IMG/VR virus record: IMGVR_UViG_3300028603_000028
Span: 1-64,000 of that record
Origin: a virus
Taxonomy: Duplodnaviria > Caudoviricetes
Length of the DNA: 64,000 nucleotides
Reading direction: 5' to 3' (one strand)
The notes under the pieces were generated by a model. That model was not told the DNA's origin. It saw nothing but the letters and a program-made list of their open reading frames with translations, and made no database searches. The position numbers and the translations under genes were made by a program. Of the stretch, positions 29,337 to 39,676 are shown piece after piece (the first letter of the stretch is position 1; each line of letters opens with the position of its first letter).

Positions 29337-30347
29337 TTATACCTTCCTTTCGTTTAGTTTTATTTTTTTACTAACTTTGTTTATTTTGTTAGTCTTGTTT
29401 ACTGTGTTAAATTTAAACTTAGTATTACTAACTTTGTTTATTTTGTTAGTCTTTTTTGCTGTGCTAAATCTAAACTTAGTATTACTATGTTTTATTAGTT
29501 GACCTTTTTTGTTAAATTGGTCTCTTTGTGTTTTTCCTAGTTTTACTTTAGTTACCACAGTGTTATTTGTAGTATTATTTATAGTATTATCGAGACTAGT
29601 AGATTCATTATTGTTTAGTTTAATTTTTGTTTTATTATTTACATTATTTTGTTCTATATTTTCTTGTGAATCTTTAGTCTCCACGTTTCCTTCCTTTAAC
29701 TTTATCTTAAATGGTTTAGGTTCGTTATTAGTTATTTCAGAACTCTTAAACATAGTAACTTCTAAATCTTCTTGCGTGTCATCTATAACAGGTATCCCAA
29801 AAGTACTAAATAACATTTGCATTTCCGGTTCAGCCTCAATTTCATCATCGTTAATTTGTATCCAGATTTTAATATCTTGTTCTGGCCTAGTTGAACCGGT
29901 ATAGTGAAACTCTGGTAGTACCATGCCTTGCAGTTTGTTTTCAAATTTATTAGTAGTAGTGTTATATACTAGTATATCATCTTGTTGAGGATTTACTATG
30001 TTAAAGCTGTCTAACCAATCACTTGTAACTGAATCCATTGGGATATCATAGATGTCACTATTAGTTTTTAATCCTAGATATACTGGGTTATTATAGTTAC
30101 CACTCTCAAATATGATATATACTTTATTAAGGTTTTCTATAAAGCTGATAAAGTTATTACTATCTAGCTGAGTGCCCGGCATCATTAGGGGTTTTGCTAT
30201 AGGTAGGTCTATGTCTGCGATTCCCGTACTTTCTGAGACTCCATGTATACTTGGTACACGTACTCTTAAGTCTAGCGTTGGTTTATTATTTTGTTTTATA
30301 ATTTCTACTACGTAACCAATATATATTGTTGACATTAAGTTTGTCAA
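29337..30347 (-). CDS. Central spike gp5/VgrG-like OB-fold protein with basic low-complexity tail
   Basis: YIGYVV...LRVRVPSIHG...VYIIFESGNYNNPVYLG. Confidence 0.7.
   Translation of the reverse strand: MTNLMSTIYIGYVVEIIKQNNKPTLDLRVRVPSIHGVSESTGIADIDLPIAKPLMMPGTQLDSNNFISFIENLNKVYIIFESGNYNNPVYLGLKTNSDIYDIPMDSVTSDWLDSFNIVNPQQDDILVYNTTTNKFENKLQGMVLPEFHYTGSTRPEQDIKIWIQINDDEIEAEPEMQMLFSTFGIPVIDDTQEDLEVTMFKSSEITNNEPKPFKIKLKEGNVETKDSQENIEQNNVNNKTKIKLNNNESTSLDNTINNTTNNTVVTKVKLGKTQRDQFNKKGQLIKHSNTKFRFSTAKKTNKINKVSNTKFKFNTVNKTNKINKVSKKIKLNERKV
29368..29487 (+). repeat. 57-bp tandem duplication (19-aa repeat)
   Basis: SNTKF(R/K)F(S/N)T(A/V)(K/N)KTNKINKV x2. Confidence 0.9.
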
Positions 30348-30365
30348 TTATTAGCCCCCCTTACT

Positions 30366-31568
30366 TTAATTCCTTATAATCTCTCTAACTAAGTTAAGCT
30401 TTGTTGTATAACCTGTAGGCCCTATTTCTTCCCTTATAGTTATTACTTTCCAATAACCTGTAAAGAATGGGTGTTGTTGTGGTCTATCTGATGTTGGGTC
30501 TTGCGTTGGGTTTAGCATAACCTCTATCTCTATTAAATCACCTTGTCTAATATAAGGATTACCAATTACCTCTAAATCGATTGTATTTAAAACAGATATA
30601 TATTCCTCAAACTTCTTTATAATCAATTCTGGGATGGTTAACTGACCTAAATCCTCTGAATTTACAAACTCTACATCCCAGTGTAATGCTTCCGTTGATA
30701 AGTTAGGTAAGTTATACATTTCTAATATCTTGTTTAATTCATCTAGCTGGTCTGTTACTATATCTTGGACCTTTAAAGAATAGTTTTCATTACCTGTAAG
30801 CATTGCTTCTATGTTATCTACTGCGGTATAAGGAATCTGTATCTTAATACCGCCTAGTAAGAATGATTGGTCTATCTTGTTAGTCATTCCTATTATTTGA
30901 TTATCTGGTGAAGCACCATATTTATATTTCCAAACATTCCTAGTAACATCTCTTCTTAAATTTCTTATGAAATATAGCTCTAATCTGTTATCTTCATATG
31001 AAGACATTCTATAAGTTAGCTGAACATCAAAATAGTCTATTCCTAAGTTAAGTGGGTCTGTCTCATTTGTAGCAGTCATATTAGCTATAGGTTTAATTTT
31101 ATTAACTAAAAAGTCTATATCCGATTCATTAGCTAGTTTAACTATATCGTGTGGTAATACTGTGGAATTATATAACTGTATGTGTTTATTATAAGGTTTT
31201 TCTCCAATATACCAATTATTTCTTTCTGCTAGCTTTATTATTATGTCTCTTATAGATGAGTTCTTCTTATATACCTCTGCTGGGAATTTAAATTGTTCTT
31301 GTTTTGCTATAGCCCCTATAGATACAATACAACCCATGTTGTTATAAGTTGTGTTAATCTTTAATATTGTTAGTTCGTATACGCTTGATAAGTTATTATC
31401 AAAACCATATCTTATTCTTAACTTATTACTTTTGTCCTGTAATATAGTCAGAATATTTGTCCCTGTTTTATCAAAGAATGTAATTTCTAGCTCGCTTAAG
31501 ATGGTCGTACCATTTACAATCTTTTGATTACTTGAGTATCTGTCAAACCCCATAGATATAAGTCCCAT
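30366..31568 (-). CDS. Baseplate hub (gp27 / P2 gpD-like)
   Basis: LEVIGNPYIRQGDLIEI...TGYWKVITIREEIGPTGYTTKLNLVR; frame stays open upstream to 31658. Confidence 0.8.
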   Translation of the reverse strand: MGLISMGFDRYSSNQKIVNGTTILSELEITFFDKTGTNILTILQDKSNKLRIRYGFDNNLSSVYELTILKINTTYNNMGCIVSIGAIAKQEQFKFPAEVYKKNSSIRDIIIKLAERNNWYIGEKPYNKHIQLYNSTVLPHDIVKLANESDIDFLVNKIKPIANMTATNETDPLNLGIDYFDVQLTYRMSSYEDNRLELYFIRNLRRDVTRNVWKYKYGASPDNQIIGMTNKIDQSFLLGGIKIQIPYTAVDNIEAMLTGNENYSLKVQDIVTDQLDELNKILEMYNLPNLSTEALHWDVEFVNSEDLGQLTIPELIIKKFEEYISVLNTIDLEVIGNPYIRQGDLIEIEVMLNPTQDPTSDRPQQHPFFTGYWKVITIREEIGPTGYTTKLNLVREIIRN

Positions 31569-31641
31569 CTTGTTGATGTCATATAATCTAGTTAGCTTTT
31601 CATTACCTTCCTGGTTTGGGTTGGATATCTCTAGTAAGACA

Positions 31642-32736
31642 TTAATTACTTGAGCTATAAGTCATCGCCCCTCTCCATAATTCGTATATGTTTGCATATA
31701 CATCTAATACCTGCGTCTTAATTTCTTTCTTAAACTTATCTGCTTCTTCTTTGCTACCACCAAATCTAGTCCATAAATTCTTCTCAATATAGCTATCTAA
31801 AAATTCCTCTACTTCTTTTAAATGCTTACCTTGGTCTAACTCTGTCATGTATGTAGTTGAATTAGCTTTCACTTCTAATCCTGGAACTTTGGATTCTTTA
31901 TCTAAATACTTTAATGTATTAGAGAATCCTTCAAATGTTAATCTATTAGAGTAATCTATAGCGCTTCTAATATCAGACATCCTTGAAGCTGAGATTATAT
32001 CTGTTTTTCTAAATACTCCATATAGTTTTTCTAGTTTAGCATATTCTATTTCTAGTTTCTTGTATGGTGCTACATTAGCTGCTAGTTGGTGGTCATAGTA
32101 TTCGAATATATTCCTCCTGTAAGCACTTCCAGTGTTATTAACATAATCTTCTGGTTTATATATGTAATTATAGTGCTCTTCAAATCTGTAGCTTATTACT
32201 TTATTTGCATACTCTGCGTTATTAAGTCCTTCAACTTCTTTTTCTAGTTTATATATCTCTGGGCTTTTGTATGGTGTTTCTATTGTAAATGAAAAGTCAA
32301 TATCTGCTACTACGTATCTACCTTCCCTTAAAGGTAGTGCCCAGTTAATGCTTGTATTAATAAGACCAAAACCTTCTATCTCACCTAGTTGTATATATAC
32401 TCTTGGTAATACTAAGATTCCATTTCTCTCTCTAGGATATGACATACTCTTAATAGTATCTACAAAGTCCTGTATGTTTTTATACTTAGTTAGGTCTATT
32501 AAGTCTTCGTGGACTTTTAAACTAAATGAATAGACTTCATCAGAACCCGATTGATACGTATATATAGGTGTGAACCTTCCTAGTATTTGTGTGGATTGAA
32601 AGTTAGGTGTATAATTATACGCTACTGTGTCTGGTATTAAACCTATCTTAACTTCTTTAATATAACTTTCACCAAACTCTTTTACTTTGTCATATATAAG
32701 GATTAGTTCATTATAAGTTTTTTCCATATTAACCAC
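31642..32736 (-). CDS. Tail tube initiator / baseplate tube protein
   Basis: PNFQSTQILGRFTPIYTYQSGSDEVYSFSL motif. Confidence 0.6.
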   Translation of the reverse strand: MVNMEKTYNELILIYDKVKEFGESYIKEVKIGLIPDTVAYNYTPNFQSTQILGRFTPIYTYQSGSDEVYSFSLKVHEDLIDLTKYKNIQDFVDTIKSMSYPRERNGILVLPRVYIQLGEIEGFGLINTSINWALPLREGRYVVADIDFSFTIETPYKSPEIYKLEKEVEGLNNAEYANKVISYRFEEHYNYIYKPEDYVNNTGSAYRRNIFEYYDHQLAANVAPYKKLEIEYAKLEKLYGVFRKTDIISASRMSDIRSAIDYSNRLTFEGFSNTLKYLDKESKVPGLEVKANSTTYMTELDQGKHLKEVEEFLDSYIEKNLWTRFGGSKEEADKFKKEIKTQVLDVYANIYELWRGAMTYSSSN

Positions 32737-34231
32737 CTGCCCCGTATAAATGTGTTCTAGTGTTAATCTGAAGTTGGATAAGGTCTCTAAGAATCATATA
32801 TCCTGTCATTATATCTTGCGACTCACTAACATCTGCCATATAGTATAGACCGTCCATAGAGTACCAACCAAAGTATGCACTATTCCAATAAGAACCTTTA
32901 CCGTAATTATCTATTTGTTTCTTAAGTGATTCTAATGCTCTTTCTGCGTCGAATTTGTATTGTGCTTCTAATCCTGGATACATGTCTCCATCTGTATCTA
33001 TATACAGGTTGTTCTTTGTTACAAACTCTGTAAATAATTCCTCATACCCACTTATAGGATATAGATATATTAGTGTATTGTAGTTGGGGTTAGACTTTGT
33101 ATAACCTCTAGTTATATAGTAGGTACCGTCTCCTGAACTCCTATTAGGGTTCTTATACATCTTAATATCTTTTAGGTTATTGATATCATATATATTGTCT
33201 CTTGGAATCTCAAAGTTTTTTCTAGCTTTATCTAGTTTTGTTAGTAAGTCATATAGTTCAGATATTACTGCGTTCTCCCCTATGCGTAATATATTATTAG
33301 GATTCATTAGCACAACTAGTTCTATATATAGATTGTATAATGCAAGGGCGTGTGGATTATAAGAATATCTTAATACTTCTGCTTCTACTATTTCATCTGT
33401 ATTTACACTATGTCCACTTACAATAGAGCTTCTTATTGCCTCTAGTTCTAATAGTTTTCTTTCTTCTTTCTTTTCTTCACCTGTAGATTTTAGTGATTGT
33501 ACTGCTATGTTAAATACTTTCTTAATCTTCTCGTTATTAAATATATACTTACCTAGCTCTTGATAATCTACGCCTAGTCCTAAAAGGTTTTCCATATGTT
33601 TGTTTTTAATACCTTTATTTAAGTCTGTTATCTTGTTAGCTAATAGTTGTGCTCTACTGTCATAGTCTTTGTATTCAACACTAAAAGCTTCGCTTGTGTC
33701 TATCTTATCATATGTTTCATGGTATGTGAATGTTATTGACATATTTACTACTTTAAATCTACCCGTTTCTACGTCATAAGGTTTCTTATAGTTAAAGCTA
33801 ATGTTAACATGTCCTTGACCTGCGAACTGATTACCTAATTGCATATATATTATTGGTTCTCTAAGTGATTGTGCCAGACCGTTTGTAATAAACTTAGGTC
33901 TGCTTAAATTCTTAATCTTTTCTATAAGTTGATTAATAGAACCATTAACGTTGTCTAGGTCTTCGTGTAAATCTATGCTAAAGCTAATTGTCTTAGATTC
34001 ACCACCACCATAAAAGTAATAGGGTCTTATTGTGCCAAATGGACTAACTGAAGATATGTTAGACTTATATGATTCTGATACTGTTTGTGGAACTAGTTTT
34101 AATATTATCTCATCTTCTCTATTAATGTCAAATAAGTATATGTAGTTGTAGTTCTTTATATCTTTACTTGGTATGTAAACCCTCCTTTGTGGGTTGTTCC
34201 CAAGTTGGAGTGATGTTAATATATTATTCAT
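32729..34231 (-). CDS. Tail tube initiator-like protein, paralog of the adjacent gene
   Basis: VSESYKSNISSVSPFGTIRPYYFYGGGESKTISFSIDL. Confidence 0.6.
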   Translation of the reverse strand: MNNILTSLQLGNNPQRRVYIPSKDIKNYNYIYLFDINREDEIILKLVPQTVSESYKSNISSVSPFGTIRPYYFYGGGESKTISFSIDLHEDLDNVNGSINQLIEKIKNLSRPKFITNGLAQSLREPIIYMQLGNQFAGQGHVNISFNYKKPYDVETGRFKVVNMSITFTYHETYDKIDTSEAFSVEYKDYDSRAQLLANKITDLNKGIKNKHMENLLGLGVDYQELGKYIFNNEKIKKVFNIAVQSLKSTGEEKKEERKLLELEAIRSSIVSGHSVNTDEIVEAEVLRYSYNPHALALYNLYIELVVLMNPNNILRIGENAVISELYDLLTKLDKARKNFEIPRDNIYDINNLKDIKMYKNPNRSSGDGTYYITRGYTKSNPNYNTLIYLYPISGYEELFTEFVTKNNLYIDTDGDMYPGLEAQYKFDAERALESLKKQIDNYGKGSYWNSAYFGWYSMDGLYYMADVSESQDIMTGYMILRDLIQLQINTRTHLYGAGG

Positions 34232-34282
34232 ATAGTAATCTTGCTAACTGTTGTCATTGTTCTCATATACAGTTATTCCTCC

Positions 34283-36385
34283 TTAGCTTCCTATTTTAGC
34301 GCTTGTATTATCCATTGTTTTTATTAAAAATTGTGCTTTAATTTGTTCTGCGAATTTGTCTGATAGTACATCAATTAAGTTAGAATTAGTTTCATATATA
34401 GCATCTACAATAGCGTCACCTGTCTTAGCATACATATCTGAAGCACTTTGACCTTGTAGATTATTAATTCTTCTTCCACTTCTTAATTCTAATTCTGATG
34501 CCCTTTGACTATTTAATCTTTCTTGTTTAGCTTGACTTGCATTAATTAAACCTGTAGCTAGACCTATACCACCGCCTATAGCTGCTCCTATTGGTCCTCC
34601 AAACATAGCACCACCAGCTATACCGGATGCAATGTTTGTTCCTACATTACCTACACGTCTCCAAGCTGCTCCTGAATCACTAATGCCTAAGTCTGTTGAG
34701 CTGTCTCCCCATTTATTACCTAACATCATACCACCACCAGCTACGGCTACACCACCTACCTTACTAGCCACTGGATACAGCTGTCTTAGTCCCATTATAG
34801 GTGCTCCATCGCCCATTATAACTGTTTTACTAGTAGAACTTGCTGGTCCAAACATATTACCTAATAAGCCTGAACCACCACCCTTACCTCCACCAAAAAA
34901 CTTACCCCAGGCAGTCTCTGGAAAAAAATTCTTAACTGCTATTGCTTTAAGTAGATTGTTAGTTAAATCTATTTTACTATCTATACCATATAAACCGAAT
35001 TCATTAAATACTGAACCTAATGTTTCATTAAGTGATGAATTAGCAAATATGTTATCTATCCTGTCTGACCAGGTCATCTTATAATCTTTAAGCTCATCTA
35101 CCATAGATGTATTTACATTAATTAGTTTTTCCTGTAATTCTTGTCTATACTTTTCTAGCTCTGGTCCTTGCGTCGTTATCTTAAGTAAGTCATCTCTACT
35201 TAAACCAAAAGTTGAGCCTATTCTATCCATGTACTCTGCCCTTAAGTAATGGTCATCGATACCACCTATAGTTTTCTGTATAGAATCAAATAGTCCACCT
35301 ATAGCAGCATCATAATTCATTCCAATCATTTGTTCTTGGAATTCTGCTGTACTAAAGTCTTTCAGTAATGCACCACCTTGGAATAAAGAAGACATTTGTC
35401 CTATAGTACCAAACTGTGCTGTACCTGCTAATTGACTTATAAAGTTAGTACTAGTAAGTCCTACTGCTCCTGATAGAGCTGCTGCTTTCATTAAAGATTC
35501 GTTTGCTTGTACTTGTGCTTGCATGTTGCTTCTTGCTATGAATGAGTTGGACGCCATCATCTGACTCACGACGCCCGTTAACATACCTATACTGGTCCCA
35601 AATGTATCCGAGAAGGCATTTAACCTATTCCCCAGGTGTGTAACGAACTGGTCTGTCTGGGCTCCGAATTGACGATATGATAATTGGAACGCTTCTAGTA
35701 ATTCTCCTGGGAATGACCCGCCAAATCCTGCTATAGTCTTAGCCATGGTTGTTACTGAAGACGATAACTTAGATAGTGTAGTAACATCTACATCTTTATA
35801 ACCTGACTGTAATAGTTGATTCTGCATCTTAACTAATTCTTTAGAATTATGTATCTGTTGCCCTACTTCTTTATTCATAGCTCTCGCTGCAGCATAGGAT
35901 TCTCTATAAAGTTGTCTATACTCTTTCCAAGTTATATTAGATTGTAGTTGCATCTCTTGTGCAGTTCTAAACATTTCTTGGTTATAAGCTACACCTTGTT
36001 TTAATAATCTATTTACTTGTTCTAATAGACTAATTGAACTCATACGTTCTTTATTAATCTTCTCTAATACGTCTTTACCTTTAACAGAATTCTTAAGCTC
36101 TTGTTCTGTAAGGTCTACTATCTGTTTTGAATTAGACTTAAATTTATCTGCTGCTTTTACACTAGCACCTAAACTTTTATTTAATTCATTTGTATACTTT
36201 AATAATTTCTCATATATTTCTAATCTATCTTCTTCTTTATCATGGAGCTTCTTAATATTTTCAAAGGCTTTCTTTATGTCTTCTTCTGTTGCATTATATA
36301 ATAGATTAACAAGCTTACCTTCATCTTTAACGCCGAGCGCTATAGCTAAATCTTTATTAGTTTTTGGTATTCTGTTTTCTGCCAT
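34283..36385 (-). CDS. Tape measure protein
   Basis: 700 aa helical, Gly/Ala-rich GAAIGGGIG C-terminus, downstream of the chaperone. Confidence 0.8.
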   Translation of the reverse strand: MAENRIPKTNKDLAIALGVKDEGKLVNLLYNATEEDIKKAFENIKKLHDKEEDRLEIYEKLLKYTNELNKSLGASVKAADKFKSNSKQIVDLTEQELKNSVKGKDVLEKINKERMSSISLLEQVNRLLKQGVAYNQEMFRTAQEMQLQSNITWKEYRQLYRESYAAARAMNKEVGQQIHNSKELVKMQNQLLQSGYKDVDVTTLSKLSSSVTTMAKTIAGFGGSFPGELLEAFQLSYRQFGAQTDQFVTHLGNRLNAFSDTFGTSIGMLTGVVSQMMASNSFIARSNMQAQVQANESLMKAAALSGAVGLTSTNFISQLAGTAQFGTIGQMSSLFQGGALLKDFSTAEFQEQMIGMNYDAAIGGLFDSIQKTIGGIDDHYLRAEYMDRIGSTFGLSRDDLLKITTQGPELEKYRQELQEKLINVNTSMVDELKDYKMTWSDRIDNIFANSSLNETLGSVFNEFGLYGIDSKIDLTNNLLKAIAVKNFFPETAWGKFFGGGKGGGSGLLGNMFGPASSTSKTVIMGDGAPIMGLRQLYPVASKVGGVAVAGGGMMLGNKWGDSSTDLGISDSGAAWRRVGNVGTNIASGIAGGAMFGGPIGAAIGGGIGLATGLINASQAKQERLNSQRASELELRSGRRINNLQGQSASDMYAKTGDAIVDAIYETNSNLIDVLSDKFAEQIKAQFLIKTMDNTSAKIGS

Positions 36386-36403
36386 ATTTAAGTCTCACCT
36401 ACT

Positions 36404-36676
36404 TTATATTAGTTTTTGTCCTTCTTTTGCTTGTTCTTCTTCAAGCTCTTTTCTTTTCTTAACTAACTTAAACCAACGGTCTAACTCTGTAGGTGTCATA
36501 TTATCTGAGTCTGCTTTACCTACATTACCATAATAAGATAATATAAATTGTTTTTCTGTGTAATACATAATCTCTGATTCTCTAGCTTTGTCTATCTGGT
36601 CTTGCTGTTCTTCTGTTAAAGTGTCTATGATACCAAATGTATTGTCTTGCTCATAGATATATAATAGGCTATCGAA
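36404..36676 (-). CDS. Tail assembly chaperone extension (GT-like ORF, +1 frame)
   Basis: 90 open codons not in the ORF track; QFILSYYG...DNMTPTELDRWFKLV resembles chaperone T segments. Confidence 0.65.
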   Translation of the reverse strand, partial: FDSLLYIYEQDNTFGIIDTLTEEQQDQIDKARESEIMYYTEKQFILSYYGNVGKADSDNMTPTELDRWFKLVKKRKELEEEQAKEGQKLI

Positions 36677-37349
36677 ATAAGTCGGCTGTAAAGCCTAAAC
36701 CTCCTGTAAATGCAGTGTTACAATTGTTGCAATCTACTGTAAATGTTGTATCTAGGCCAAACTTAATTTCAAGCTCTTTAGCTAGTTTAACTAGTTCTAC
36801 TCCTGGAAGATTTTCTAAATAGCTTATTAGGTCTGGGATAGACTTTCTTTTACCATTAACTGTGTCTATCCTAGATATCTGCATAAGTATATAAGCGTAG
36901 TCATTAGTTAGATTAGTTTTTTCTTTATATCTATTAATTTCTGTCCAGTGTTTCTTAATTGGAACTTTCTTTGTAATAATATCACCATTAGACAGGGTTA
37001 TGCTATCAGTTAGATATTTCTCATCTAGTATCTGCACGTCAAAATCATTATAACTAATCTCATACTCATGTATAACTCCACAATGTGGGCATCTAAGTGT
37101 TTGATATGTTTCATTACCGAATGTTAGTACTCTTGTCTTATGTAAGATAAACTTCTTATCTTCATCACATAATAGGTCTGGGTCTAACTGCGGATTAGTT
37201 ACTGCGCTAATTATAGCATCTATTGCTGCTTCTGTTAGTGAGCTATAAAGGGTAGATATTTCCCTACCTTTCATTCCTCTTATTGTTACCTCTTGTTCTA
37301 CTTGTAATAATCCGTTAGATGGTAGAACTACTTTTTGTATATTATCCAT
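36669..37349 (-). CDS. Tail assembly chaperone (T4 gp26-like)
   Basis: LPSNG...IRGMKGRE...DKKFILHKTRVLTFG...CPHCG...CNNC. Confidence 0.8.
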   Translation of the reverse strand: MDNIQKVVLPSNGLLQVEQEVTIRGMKGREISTLYSSLTEAAIDAIISAVTNPQLDPDLLCDEDKKFILHKTRVLTFGNETYQTLRCPHCGVIHEYEISYNDFDVQILDEKYLTDSITLSNGDIITKKVPIKKHWTEINRYKEKTNLTNDYAYILMQISRIDTVNGKRKSIPDLISYLENLPGVELVKLAKELEIKFGLDTTFTVDCNNCNTAFTGGLGFTADLFR

Positions 37350-37369
37350 TGTTTAACTTCTCCTTTAAC

Positions 37370-37675
37370 TTAATATTTAAATTGACTTGATTTTCTCTCT
37401 TCAAAAATCTTACCACATCGGCTGCAATATGAAACATAATTGCCATTAATAAGCTCGATTGATATTTCGTGATTACACTCCGCCTTTTCGACAAAGGGTC
37501 TAGGTTCTAACTGTCCTACTGTTTCATTTACTTCTTTTTTACTATAACAAGATGAAGTTGTAAATTGATACTCTCCAATTATTTTTCCAAAATGATAAAA
37601 ATCATTATAGAAATCTACTTTGTCTACTGTTGGTGTATTATATTTATAATTATTATCTAACTCTTCTTTACGCAT
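37370..37675 (-). CDS. Hypothetical protein with possible Zn ribbon
   Basis: CNH...YCSRCG. Confidence 0.65.
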   Translation of the reverse strand: MRKEELDNNYKYNTPTVDKVDFYNDFYHFGKIIGEYQFTTSSCYSKKEVNETVGQLEPRPFVEKAECNHEISIELINGNYVSYCSRCGKIFEERKSSQFKY

Positions 37676-37768
37676 TTTTTAACTTCTCCTTTATGTTAAC
37701 TTATTTTTAAATTTAAAGGGACTTACCCCGTTAAAGTAGTAAGTCCGAGCTACGGTTATATTTAGTTA

Positions 37769-38329
37769 TTAATTTTCGTATCCGTCACCATAAGTTGGTC
37801 TTAGTCCATCTGTTGTTGGTGGGTCAATTTGAATTGTAAATGATATTTGTTTTAATTCATTTCCTGCTGCGTCTAGACTACCATAGTCTATTTGACTAAT
37901 CCACATACCCTCTAAAGGCCAGCTTCTTGACAATGTTCCATCTGATGCATATTCTACAATAGAACCAGACCTCTTGTAACCTCTAATATTGCCATCGTCA
38001 TAAGCCTTACCAATTTTACCGGTTTTAGGGTCATATGTTTTCTCTGCCCAATCTTGTAATACTTCTAGCTCATCTCTAGAAAGCGTGTCTAGTATTGTAA
38101 TGTTTCCACCAGTCCAGCTAGCTACACCTGCTAATTTCTTAACATCTGTACCACGTCTAAATTCTAATACCTCTAATTGGTATTGTGGTATAAATGCTTG
38201 TTGTACTACTAGGTTTAGGGCGCTATTATCTGTTACATCTTCTATGTGTAATATAAAGTTATTAACTCTTCTAATATCACCAAGTCTACCAGTTAAACCC
38301 CTAACTCCAAAATTTAAATCTTTAGCCAT
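37769..38329 (-). CDS. Tail tube protein (T4 gp19-like)
   Basis: NNFIL...KLAG...W...YASDG...W.LEG.W...IDYG.LD pattern. Confidence 0.9.
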   Translation of the reverse strand: MAKDLNFGVRGLTGRLGDIRRVNNFILHIEDVTDNSALNLVVQQAFIPQYQLEVLEFRRGTDVKKLAGVASWTGGNITILDTLSRDELEVLQDWAEKTYDPKTGKIGKAYDDGNIRGYKRSGSIVEYASDGTLSRSWPLEGMWISQIDYGSLDAAGNELKQISFTIQIDPPTTDGLRPTYGDGYEN

Positions 38330-38331
38330 AT

Positions 38332-39666
38332 TTATTCAACTCCTTCTAATAGATTACTAAGTCCTGTAAAGTCTATATCTATAGAACCTGTTTGTTGTTG
38401 TATTACTATATTAAACTCTATAGCTTCAATTACTCTTATTGGTAAGTATCTTACTTTTACTTTAAGTAAGCCATTTTCCACATCTTCTTCTGTCATAGTT
38501 ATACCTAGACCTACTAGTATTTCAAACTCTTCTACTGCTTCTTTAGATACTAAGTTAGCAAAAAATGATTTCATTTTTAATCTAAGTGATTCCCATGTGT
38601 TAGATGTGTTAGGTCTATAACTTGCGGAGTTAGCTATTCTATTTAATTCTCTCTTAATCATTAAAGCACTTGTTACTACATGACTTCTATAGAATGGGTT
38701 TTTAGGATTATCTACAGATAGGTCTAGCATAGTATTTTGACTTACTAATATATTACCTACACCCATTTTAGAGATAAGCACGTTAACATTTTCTGCTTGT
38801 AAGTTCTCTTTTTCTTTTCTTGTAATCTTCTCTGCTAATTTAAAGAATTCATTTACTAAACCATTTTGTTCACCAGCTACTGGAATCCAGCTTTGTTTAA
38901 GATTAAGTAATTTGGATTTCCTTGCTGCGACAGCTATAGCTGTTGGAATTCCTAAGAATCCTTTTTCTAGGTCGAAGTCATTTGTATCTATATCCATTGG
39001 AAATGTACTAGGGAATCTTGGTAATCCAAAGTTTTTAAATAGTTCTACGTTCTTGCTTAGTTTACCTGCTTTACCTTCTACCGCTGGTACTGCTGGTGTA
39101 CCTTCTTCACCTTCTCCACCTGGTACTGCTGGTACTGCTTCTTTACCTTCTTTATATAATTTGACTGCTTCAGCATCTACGCCTAAGTCTAAGTTAAGAT
39201 ATAACTGTACGTCACTATCTTTAACAAAGTCTAATAGTAAGTCTAATTTATCATTTGGTTCCTCTATATTTTCACTCGGTACAACTATAAGCCTATAATT
39301 TAAATTCTCTATATCTTCTATAGCTTCTATTTCATCTTCTGTTATAGTATCTGATACTTTAAAGCATAGAATGTTTGCACCAGTTCTTAGTAAATACTCT
39401 GCACTATAAAGTTCATTAAATGCTTTCCTCTGTTTATTAACATCTTCCATATGTTCGTCTAAATCATCTTCAGTAGGTTCTTCAGGTAATTCTGATACTT
39501 CTGGCAATTTAAATTGTTCTTTAAGTTCAGCTACACTATTTACACGTATAGGTTCCTCTACTGTATTATCTACTAGTTCCGCTTCTCTAAAGAGTACTAA
39601 GATAAGTCCATCTTCGAGTACTTGTGGTACTAGCTGTTCAACATTTACGTTTATTCTAATATTCAT
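38332..39666 (-). CDS. Tail sheath protein
   Basis: C-terminal PNTSNTWESLR...EDVENGLLKVKVRYLPIRVIEAIEFNI. Confidence 0.88.
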   Translation of the reverse strand: MNIRINVNVEQLVPQVLEDGLILVLFREAELVDNTVEEPIRVNSVAELKEQFKLPEVSELPEEPTEDDLDEHMEDVNKQRKAFNELYSAEYLLRTGANILCFKVSDTITEDEIEAIEDIENLNYRLIVVPSENIEEPNDKLDLLLDFVKDSDVQLYLNLDLGVDAEAVKLYKEGKEAVPAVPGGEGEEGTPAVPAVEGKAGKLSKNVELFKNFGLPRFPSTFPMDIDTNDFDLEKGFLGIPTAIAVAARKSKLLNLKQSWIPVAGEQNGLVNEFFKLAEKITRKEKENLQAENVNVLISKMGVGNILVSQNTMLDLSVDNPKNPFYRSHVVTSALMIKRELNRIANSASYRPNTSNTWESLRLKMKSFFANLVSKEAVEEFEILVGLGITMTEEDVENGLLKVKVRYLPIRVIEAIEFNIVIQQQTGSIDIDFTGLSNLLEGVE

Positions 39667-39676
39667 TTTTATCTCC

